Notes under the pieces: model-generated
The model's input: the letters and a program-made list of their open reading frames with translations, nothing else
The model's database searches: none
What the model was told of the DNA's origin: nothing
In this document: piece by piece, positions 1-9,773 of the stretch
How positions within the stretch are numbered: position 1 is the first letter of the stretch
How the letters are laid out: every line of letters begins with the position of its first letter
Translations under genes and position numbers: made by a program
DNA from: Vermamoeba vermiformis
Lineage: Eukaryota
Direction: 5' to 3'
DNA: 20,000 bases
NCBI GenBank assembly: GCA_045837725.1
Contig: JBEWZL010000198.1
Coordinates: forward strand, 173,379 to 193,378

Positions 1-95
1 GAAAAAGAAAGCCAGATCCAAAATGAATAAAAATTTGCGGTGCGGATAATATGATGACCTATGTAATAACATTACTATAATTTTATAATACGTAC

Positions 96-792
96 CAGTA
101 GGTATATCTTTTCCTAACAAGAAGTTCGAGACCTCGTTACTGAAATTATTGCAATTGTAGCTGAGAAGGCTGTAGGTTTCAACGGTGTAGTTGTGTTTGA
201 TATCACCGAGAAAGTCTTCAAATACATCGCGGGGGATGTGAGTCACACCTAGACTATATTTATAATATTGAGTTAGTTGAAGGCACGTTGTTGATTAGAA
301 AAAAGGTCGTGCAGATCTAGCTGGTCACGCAACCAAAATTTGTTTAATAATTATTGACTTACTCGATAACTTTTTGCGGAGTTCCGTATGGAGATGTTCC
401 CTATTACATAAGGTTAGTACAAGAATAGCTACAGCAAAATATTATTTTGAACTCTAAAAGGCTCCGTTTTTCCGTCCGTTTGAAAATTTTAATTCCTACT
501 TACTGGTGCTCCAATTTGAATTACGCCTCCCCAATAATATTCTCTACCATATACAACAACGCCCGAGTGCCTATGAAATTTATTTGGATTAATTTTGAAT
601 TTTATGACAAATTTTTCGTTAAAGATCTGGCATTTGCAGGAGTTGAATAATTGTAATACAACGTGTTTATAAATATTAAATTTACCATATTCCTTCGATA
701 TATTTGCCTAGCAAAGATTGAGACATCGATCTTGCCATTCCGTGGCTAATGTCGTACAAATACAATTTAACTGGAAATCCTCCGTCACTCAT
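96..792 (-). CDS. DESI1: DeSI/PPPDE-family cysteine peptidase (desumoylating isopeptidase 1-like), spliced, 3'-partial. Exons 792-686, 570-504, 400-363, 253-96; remainder probably beyond the left edge
   Basis: Manual minus-strand splicing at GT-AG introns with consistent phases gives [123 protein letters not shown]. This matches the DeSI-1 pattern (VKLYxYD, GIWH with catalytic His, NCNxF with catalytic Cys). Not in the ORF track because the exons are short. Confidence 0.92.
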
Positions 793-983
793 ATTTGCTT
801 TTTAGTGCTATGAATATATACTTAGTGGATAATGAGATCTGTGTTCGATCGAGTTAGGTGCAAAAAATTGAAATGTCCAACAACTGCTTCGCATTATTTT
901 TATTGTAAATTGCAACACCTGTACCATATATGTATATTTAATATTTATTATAATATTTGACCTCTTCTCTTCCCAAGTCTTTG
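793..983. promoter_or_regulatory. Putative bidirectional promoter between divergent DeSI and ankyrin genes
   Basis: Only 191 bp separate the two divergent start codons (792 minus, 984 plus); AT-rich with TATA-like runs at ~925-957. Function is inferred from geometry. Confidence 0.5.
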
Positions 984-2270
984 ATGGATTTCGTTAGCCA
1001 AGCCTTTGCTGCAGCCAAACAGGGCAATCTTGCTTTCTTCAATGTATTTATACAAAACCCTCGTATGGCTGATATGCGCGATGAGAATGACGATACTCTG
1101 ATGCACGTGGCAGGTAAATCGCTATTTCCAATTTGGATTGGTTAAATTATTTCTTCCAGAAATTTTTGCTAATTAAATTAGGGCATTTTATTCGATTGTT
1201 ATTTGCATGTATATTATGATTATTGGGATAACCGTATTTAATTTCTGTATTTCGCCGTGTGATCTATTTTCAATTCAAATTTCTCGCCGAAGATTCTGCA
1301 ACCTGCTTCCCTCATTGAATAAGCTGCATTAAACAAATCTTAATTAATTATATAACAGCGACATATAACCATCCAGACATAATAAGGCTTTTGCACGACA
1401 ATTGTGGCTTGAGTGTAAATCTTTACGGATGTAGCTCGCGCACGCCTTTAGCTTGTGCATCTTACGAAGGTTAGTATCGATTTGGATATAATAACCATAA
1501 TATATGATCAGGACATTGATAATGCTCTTACGAATTAGGTCATCTACGGTGCATCCAAGTTCTCTTAGAACGACGGGCTAATATCTCCCTCACTGATAGT
1601 CTCGAGGAAAATGCTCTTCATAAGGTGAGATAAATTTCTTATTTAATTGTTACTGCTGTAAAAAGATGCGCGGCAAGCATCCGTGTGCATCTCCTAGATC
1701 CAGTTCGTTTTTTCGCGAATTACTTAAAGCTAACCATACAAAAATTATATAAATAGGCAGCTACTCGCGGCCACACATCATGTTTGGCATTGTTGTTGTC
1801 ATATGGAGTTCACGAGCTTGTACTGAATGAGCAGAACGTGACGGGAGCCTCACCTCTGCACGCAGCCATGGACAATGGCCACCAAGGTATTTTTTTTAAC
1901 GGATATAATCATGATATTACATTACCATCTTAATATACACATTCAAAAGGTTCCTGTTGCTTTAATTAGATCCGTAATTAAAATTGATCCCGAAAATCGA
2001 ACACAAACAATTTGAAAATTAAAGTAACAATTCTAATGATCGATCGATCTTCTAGAGTGTTGTCAATTGCTATTACAAGCTGGCGCAAATCCATCACTGG
2101 AAGATTTTTTCGGTTACAAACCAACGTTCAGAGCGAGAACGAAGCGGCCGTACGATCTGATGCGCATTAATGTCGATGTAAATACTTGGACTTTCTTTAA
2201 AGGCAGCGGTGACTTCGAGCAAATGAAGACACAAGAAGTTGCGCCAATAAACCTTCGAAGATCGGTTTGA
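984..2270 (+). CDS. Ankyrin-repeat protein, ~223 aa, about 4-5 ANK repeats. Exons 984-1113, 1359-1469, 1539-1624, 1757-1886, 2056-2270
   Basis: GT-AG introns with consistent phases join DTLMHVA|ATYNHPDIIRLL...RTPLACASYE|GHLRCIQVLLERRANISLTDSLEENALHK|AATRGHTSCLALLLSYG...GASPLHAAMDNGHQ|ECCQLLLQAGANPSLED, the typical TPLHxAxxxGH..LL..GA ankyrin consensus. Total 672 nt, in frame to TGA at 2268-2270. Confidence 0.9.
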
Positions 2271-2487
2271 TGGATCGGATCTCGAGAAACATCAATTCAA
2301 TTGCCAGTGCGTTTCCTGTTCGTTGTTTGTCACAATGGGACGATCAGTGATCGCAAATTGTAGCACAATGGAAACGAGCTCCGAACTTTACAAAAAGCGT
2401 TAACTCACAGAACATAACTTGCGAAACTTTGTGTGATGCACCAGAAATCCGGGATCGTGCAACTGAATCAATTCAATTTAATAGCAG

Positions 2488-2531
2488 GTAAGCCCAAGAC
2501 ATTAGATTTATAAAAATTAATTTACCCGCAG
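2488..2531 (+). other. Candidate 5'UTR intron of RTK copy 1 (44 nt)
   Basis: CAG|GTAAGC ... AT-rich ... CCGCAG|G, ending 24 nt before the ATG. Confidence 0.5.
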
Positions 2532-2555
2532 GAGCGAACCCGGTCTTTCCTCGTA

Positions 2556-5500
2556 ATGCGCCCATATCTAGTGATTCTGTTGGTACTATTCGTGGCATGG
2601 AATGCAAGTGGTGATCTTATAACAAAGCGAGCCCAATTATCATCAAAGCGTGACGGAGTTGGCGGCATCCAAGTTGCAGATCGATTCTACTTTGCTGGTG
2701 GCATGGAACTCAACGACTATATTCCCACAAATATCGTCGAAATATACAATATAACATCGGGAGAATGGGAAGAGCCGATTTACTTGCAAGAGCCTCGTGC
2801 ATTCATCTCAACAGCTGTCATCGGTCAAAATATTTATTTTATTGGCGGATATCGGCTCTCTAATTCCTGTGCAATGCTTTACAACTCTGTTTTACATCAA
2901 TACGAAGACATTGGATGTGGCCCAACAGTTCGTCAAGCAATCCAAATATCGGATTACAATTCCACGTTGACAGTTCTTGGAGCGTTCTCTGCTGACTTCT
3001 ACAATATCACTTCAGCGCAGTGGTACTACCGGCCAAAGCTCACAACATGGATGCAGAGCATGGGTGGTGGAGCAGTACTGGTTCACGAAAACTTGGTCGT
3101 TGGCATCGGAGGTGTCAACTCAACGACGTTCGAACAGATCTATGACGCGTGGATTTACGACACTTATACAGATGAACTGACAGTATTCAGCAACGCCACA
3201 ACAGCAGATATTGTGGTTTCATCTTCGGACTTCTCTGTGGCTCACGGCCGTGTCGTCATCTACGTTACTGGCTGGTACTTTGTGCACGAGTTTGGTACGA
3301 CAGAATGGCACGAAGGCTTTATGCCGAATATTTCAAATGTAGCAATCCTCCCTGACGCCATATTCTTGTTCAATATAACTGGTTTCACCATTTACGACTG
3401 GAGTTCTATGGAGCCAAGATGGGTAGTTGGATACGTCATAAACACATTCGTTTTCGACAATCAAATAGTGATAGATCTAGGAAGCAGCCTGCTCGTCTAT
3501 GAATCAGCACAGTTGACGACAATTAACCTTGATTCTCTGATACGACGTGCGGTTCGTTTTGGTCAGTCAGGTGACAAGTACATGTTTTACACCAGCAGCA
3601 GTCAACTTCGTCTCTACGATTCACAAACAAAGAGCATATCAAACTTGTCTCTAGTCGTAGTAGATGTCAGGTGGATGATCCCTTTTGACGACACAACATT
3701 GGTTCTTTTCACGACAAGCACCGCAACTATCTATTACTTGAACAACGACACGAGCATTGATCAAACAATATCTATGACTTACTCAGGGTACCTCATCGGT
3801 ACTGATATAGTCAGTGTCAACGATCAGAAAGTGTGGATCAATCTTGGCGAAACAAGAGCGTTGAACCTCACCTTATCCCGCTAAATTAATTGACAATGCT
3901 GCGATTTTTGGACAGACTGGTCAAAGTTATTTCTTCATGGACGTATTCAACCACGTGACGAGAGAATGGCAGCCAAGAATACCAATGGACTCTAACCCCT
4001 ACGGCTTGTATCTACCAGTAGTCGTGATTGACGACTTGATTACCGTTGGAAAGAGACCTTGGACTTTTCGATATAATGTCACGAGCGGAGAGTCATCTAC
4101 AACGATGGTGGCTTCAAATTCATGGCCTATGGGTCGAGTAGTCAACACTGTGTCCGTTGTGAATCACACAGGTTACCTCCCAGGCACAACTTCGTCCATG
4201 ATTATCTCTGTCAACTCAACGACAGTGACTTTTTCCGATGACTTGCAGCTCAGTGGCGCACCAATACAATTCGTTACCAGCAACGACAACGTCATTTATA
4301 TGACAGTATATGAAGGACATTACTACAGCCTACACACATATGATATAGTGAATGACTTGGTGGATACACTAGTCTTGCCACAACCACAAGACTCCGTGTC
4401 AATAGCAATATTCAATGACACGTTGATTGCCTTAGGAAGCGATGGAAATGCTTATGGCTTATTACGAAGTGACAAATTAACGTGGTACAAAGTTCCGTTG
4501 CAAAGCAATTTTTTTCGGCCAATCACGGCCATGATGAAAGACGGCACAATGATGGTAGCGGCAGGAAGACACAATATCCTTAAAACTTATACGGACGAGT
4601 TACTCTTCATCAATGCATCGGCTGTCATCGAGTTGGGCACTAAGATATCGATTAATCAACCTTTCACCGACAGAACGCCTAGTACGCCGGACGCAGCCAG
4701 CCCGAACCAACAGAGTGGATTGACACAAGGAGAACTCGCAGCAGCAGTTGTCGTACCTGTAGTCGTTGTCATTGGAGGCCTCATAGCACTCATAGTCGTA
4801 TTGCTCAAGAGAAGGCGCAGCAACAAGAAGAAAGGCTCATCAAACACTGTTGGTCTCGAGGCACGGTTCGGAGCATGGTTCACTCCGTTCAATCAGATCA
4901 CTTTCAGAGAGCAGCTCGGTCAAGGAGGATCAGGTCAAGTGTTCAAAGGCACTTGGAAGAACACAACAGTTGCACTCAAAGTGAGCATGACTCAAGCAAA
5001 CACGAGTGTCATCGCTGAACTCGAACTCATGATGCAACTCAGACCTCATCCAAATGTCGTTCAGTTGCTTGGCTTCAGTGTGCATCCAGAGACAGACAGC
5101 ATCATTTTGATCATCGAGTTCTGTGAAGGTGGTTCACTTGACGCCAAGCTCTATGACAAGCACCACGATGACATATCACTTCAAAATCAGCTTCAATGGC
5201 TCACGGGCATCGCCAAAGGACTCAGTCACTTGCATTCGAACAACATCGTGCACAGGGATGTTGCTGCGAGGAACATCTTGCTTGATAGAAACGAACCAAA
5301 ACTGACTGACTTTGGCATGTCACGACTCGTTGATGAACAAAAACAACACGGAACAACAAAGTCAGAACTTGGACCAATCAGATGGATGTCACCAGAGTCG
5401 TTGAAGAACAAAGAATACTCCACAAAGTCTGGTAAGTTTGTAAAGCGAAGCTCTTATTGTGTTTCCTGTGCACACGTCAATAACCTCTTCGTTCAGACGT

Positions 5501-5741
5501 GTGGTCATTTGGTATTCTGAGGTACGAAGTGATTGCACGACAAGAGCCTCACAGCGAAGCAGATCCGATCGAGATTGGTCGACTCATCAGAGACTCAGGT
5601 TTGACACCTGTCATTCCATCGTCGTGTCCTTCTCAGCTCGCTGATGTCATGAAACAATGCTGGCAAATGTCGCCACAATCAAGACCAACTATAGAGGCCA
5701 TTATTCCATCATTGGAGGCTTTACGAATATCGCTTCAGTAG
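2556..5741 (+). pseudogene. Kelch-ectodomain receptor tyrosine kinase, copy 1, frameshifted at ~3865-3881 (probable pseudogene or assembly indel); kinase intron 5432-5496
   Basis: ORFs 2556-3884 and 3937-5431 are collinear with the N- and C-halves of the intact paralogues but in different frames. The second frame is open back to 3865 (..PYPAKLIDNAAIFGQTGQSYFFMDVFN). Signal peptide, TM (AAAVVVPVVVVIGGLIALIVVLL) and HRDVAARN/DFG/PIRWMSPE are present; last exon 5497-5741. Confidence 0.72.
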
Positions 5742-6168
5742 ATTATGATAAAGCTCGGAAAATTAAATTAAAGTTACCTTCTTAGGGTATTAAATCAAGT
5801 ATTCATGATTATTTAGATTTTCACCGATGCTACTAAAAGATGCAGTATGACTGACTTTTTGCCAGATCCCAAGTATCTAATGATTACGCGCGTGTGAATT
5901 CCGAAAGCGTAAACACGTACAAATTTTGACGTTTTTATCTTTATGGCATTAACGCATATTAGACACTATACCAGTTAGGTATAACGCTAATCAGTCAAGA
6001 GTGCTCGTGGCTGCAAGGTAACTTTCATGATTAGATCTTCCCTGAATGAGCATGATTAAATGCTGTTCGTTTATTTTATTATTAAATTTACACTTTAAAC
6101 CTGATTACAGCATTTATTTTTCTGTCGGCTAAATATTTTTTCAATTAGGGACACGAATCAACGATCCG
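5742..6168 (+). repeat. Repeated intergenic spacer, copy A (3'UTR, promoter and 5'UTR)
   Basis: Closely similar to 9350-9773 and 12938-13380, e.g. shared GTATCTAATGATTACGCGCGTGTGAATTC and GCATTAACGCATATTAGACACTATACCAGTTAGGTATAACGCTAATC. Confidence 0.9.
6018..6148 (+). other. Candidate 5'UTR intron of RTK copy 2 (equivalents: 9622-9753 in copy 3, 13223-13360 in copy 4)
   Basis: AAG|GTAACT (GTACCT in copies 3 and 4) ... GCTAAA ... TTTTTTCAATTAG|G, ending 20 nt before the ATG; removal would delete upstream ATGs. Confidence 0.5.
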
Positions 6169-9100
6169 ATGCGGCTTTTGATTCTCTTCGTGCTATATTG
6201 CAGCTCATTAGTTGCCACGAGCAATATAGTTACAAAGCAAACCCAATTGTCTGCAAAACGTGACGGAGTTGGTGGAATCCAAGTTGCAGATCAATTCTAT
6301 TTTGCTGGTGGCTTCGAACTCCATGACTATATTCCCACAAATATTGTCGAAATATACAATATAACATCAGGAGAATGGGAAGAGCCGATTTACTTGCAAG
6401 AGCCTCGTGGATTCATCTCCACAGCTGTCATCGGTCAAAATATTTATTTTATTGGCGGAACTCGGGTGCTCTACTGCACTGCACTATATAATTCTTCTTC
6501 GCATCAATATGAAGATATTGGATGTGGACCAACAGTTCGGAAAATACCCGGCCAGATCACGAACCAAAATGCAACAGTTACCATACTAGGAAGTTTCTCG
6601 GTGGATCTTTATAACATTACGTCAAAACAGTGGTACTACTTCCCGAAGCTGACATCATGGATGCAAAATATTAGTAGCGGTTTCTCACTCATTCATGAAA
6701 ACCTCATCATTGGAGTTGGAGGTTTCAACGCAACGACGCTGGACCTGATCAATGACGCGTGGATTTACGACACTTTTACAGATGAACTGACAGTATTCAG
6801 CAACGCCATTACCACACTCAACACATTAAACACGGCATTCAGATTCACCGTGGCCAACGGCAGGGTCGGCATATACACCGTTGACAGGTTCATTTCGCAT
6901 CAATTCGGCACGACGGAATGGCGCGAAGTTTTCGTGAACAATATTTTGCAAGCGGCGATCCTCCCCGACGTTCTATTCTTGGTCAACGACACAAGTTATG
7001 CAGTCTATGACTGGAGCACTGAAACCTTGACATTCACGCTTGACCGAATCTACAACCTTTATCCGTTTGGAAGTCAACTTGTTCTCGATCGAAAAACAGC
7101 TCTTCGTATCTATGAAGCTGGACAATGGACAGATTTGCAACTCGCTTCATCAATATATACGAACGTTCGTTGGCTCAACAGATTAGTCTTTCAAGGTGCA
7201 GACAATCGGTTGCAATTCTATGATTCACTCACGAAGAGCATATGGACGTCATCAACAACGCCAGTCAATGTTGTATCGTTTCTTCCATTTGACGACGATA
7301 GATTAGTCATATTCATGCCCGGCCGATTGGCGACCATCTATTACGCTAGCAATGACAGCCTATCAGCAGTTTTCGCCGCTAATATGACGAGTGGCGTCGT
7401 CGTTGGCACCGATATTATTGGTGTAGACTCTCAGACTGTGTTGGTCAACTTGAGTCAGGTGATGCCGTTGACCAGAATGACTTCGTCAGCATCGTCTGAT
7501 TACACAGTCTTGCGTGGCTACCTGACTGACTATAATTACATCGATGTCTACAATTATGCGACGCGGTCGTGGCTGCCACAGATATTTATGAACCTAACGC
7601 AACAGCTTGGTGTCAACTATCCAAATATAGTTGTAATTGACGATTTGTTAATCGTAATGAAGAGATTCGGTTATTTTCGCTATAATACCACCACCGGAGA
7701 GATATTTGTGAATTTAAGCACGGCAGTCGCGGCACCCCTGTTCCGCACACTTACCAGAGTTCCCGTCGTTGATCGGATTGGCTATCTTCCTGGCACTGCA
7801 GTTTCATCAATGATTTATTTCAACTCCACGTACCTCGCATTCGTTGACGCCCTATTCTTACCAGATAGAACCAACCAATTCACTACTAGTCCCGAGAACG
7901 TAATATACATGTCGGCTACTTCTCAAACCGTGTTCTCCAAGATTTTCATTTACAATATCTCAAGCGGAATGTTGGACACGGCGGTATTGCCATCACCACC
8001 GTCAAGTGCATTCGTGGCAACTGTCAACAATGTCACACTTGCGTTCGGCACTGGCGGAGATATCTTTGGATTTTATCATAGTGACCCTTCAAAGTGGTAC
8101 ACGACACCGTTCAACTACAGCATATCACCTACTATCATCGAGATTGTGGCTGATGGAACGCTAATGCTGGCCAGCGGAAGACACTTTCAGCTTGGATTTT
8201 ACAACGACCAGATTCTTTTCGTCAATGCATCAGCTATCATTGGGCTAGGCTCCGTGGTGTCTGAGCCAGTAACTGGAACAGAACCTACTGCTTACAATGT
8301 CCCGCTAGACAGTCCCGGTGGTGCAAGTGCCTTGGCGACTGGAGAGCTTGCTGCTGCCATCGTTGTCCCGGTTGTAGTTGTCATCGGAGGTGTCATAGCA
8401 CTCGTCATCGTATTGATCAAACGAAGAAAACACAAATCGTCAACTACAATTGGATTGGAGGCACGGTACGGAGCATGGTTCACTCCGTTCAACCAGATCA
8501 CTTTCGGAGAGCAGCTGGGTCAAGGAGCATCAGGTCAAGTGTTCAAAGGCACTTGGAAGAACACAACAGTTGCACTCAAAGTGAGCATGACTCAAGCAAA
8601 CACGAGTGTCATCGCTGAACTCGAACTCATGATGCAACTCAGACCTCATCCAAATGTCGTTCAGTTGCTTGGCTTCAGTGTGCATCCAGAGACAGACAGC
8701 ATCATTTTGATCATCGAGTTCTGTGAAGGTGGTTCTCTCGACTCCACGTTGTACGACGCTGCCGACGACCTGTCACCGCAAACTCAAGTTCAATGGCTCA
8801 CAGGCGTAGCAAAAGGGCTTGGTCACTTGCATTCGAACAATGTCGTGCACAGAGATGTTGCAGCGAGGAACGTGTTACTTCACAGAAACGAACCAAAACT
8901 GACTGATTTTGGCATGTCACGACTCGTTGACGAACAGAAACAACACGGAACAACAAAGTCAGAACTTGGACCAATCAGATGGATGTCACCAGAGTCGTTG
9001 AAGAACAAAGAGTACTCCACAAAGTCAGGTAAGTTCAACACTTTGACACGCGTCAATGACTCGGGACTGATGAAGCATCATTACTAACAAGTAAGTTTTA

Positions 9101-9349
9101 ACAGATATTTGGTCGTTTGGTATTCTCATGTTCGAGGTCATTGCACGACAAGAGCCTCACAACGAAGCAGATCCGATCGAGATTGGTCGATTGATCAGAG
9201 ACTCAGGTTTGACACCTGTCATTCCATCGTCGTGTCATCCTCAACTCGCTGATGTTATGAAGCAATGCTGGCAGATGTCGCCACAATCAAGACCAACTAT
9301 AGAGGCCATTATTCCAGAATTGGAGGCAGTACGAATATCGCTTCATTAG
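6169..9349 (+). CDS. Kelch-ectodomain receptor tyrosine kinase, copy 2, ~1034 aa. Exons 6169-9028, 9105-9349
   Basis: Signal peptide MRLLILFVLYCSSLVA; Kelch-like motifs (FYFAGG..VEIYN..W, PR..STAVIGQNIYFIGG); many NxS/T sequons; TM at ~8347-8418 followed by KRRK; kinase motifs GQGASGQV, VALK, HRDVAARN, DFG, PIRWMSPE. The 76-nt intron 9029-9104 (GTAAGT..TACTAAC..CAG) restores SD-IWSFG. Confidence 0.93.
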
Positions 9350-9773
9350 ATTATGATAAAGCATCCGGAAAATTAAATTCTAGTTACCTTCTTAGGGTAT
9401 TAGATCCAGTATTCATGATGATTTAGATTTTCCCCGATGCTACTTAAAGATATAGTCTGCTCTGACTTCCAAGTATCTAATGATTACGCGCGTGTGAATT
9501 CAGAAAGCGTATTCACGTACAAATTTTGACGTTTTTTATCTTTATGGCATTAACGCATATTAGACACTATACCAGTTAGGTATAACGCTAATCAGTCAAG
9601 AGTTGTCGTGTCTGGTGCAAGGTACCTATTCAGATTAGATCTTCCCTGAATGAGCATGATTAAATGCTGTTCCGTTTATTTTATTACTACATTTACACTT
9701 TAAACCTGATTACAGCATTTATTTTTCTGTCGGCTAAATATTTTTTCAATTAGGACGCGAATCAAAGATCCGG
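9350..9773 (+). repeat. Repeated intergenic spacer, copy B
   Basis: Same conserved blocks as 5742-6168 with small indels. Confidence 0.9.

Noticed and set aside
1-58. Possible fifth DeSI exon after a 37-nt intron (TAG acceptor at 61-59, minus strand)
   Set aside because: Translation (GHHIIRTANFYSFWIW..) does not resemble the expected DeSI continuation; more likely intronic, with the true exon outside the window.
447-650. 67-aa plus-strand ORF
   Set aside because: Antisense to DeSI exon 2 and its introns; TTG start and no recognisable motif.
1664-1692. Small GC-rich hairpin (AGATGCGC..GTGCATCT) in ankyrin intron 3
   Set aside because: About 8-bp stem with a G-U pair and no snoRNA boxes recognised; compatible with chance.
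9485-9520. Palindrome ACGCGCGT and GTGAAT..ATTCAC inverted repeat in the repeated spacer
   Set aside because: Short; conservation is explained by recent duplication, and the inverted repeat is broken in the first spacer copy.
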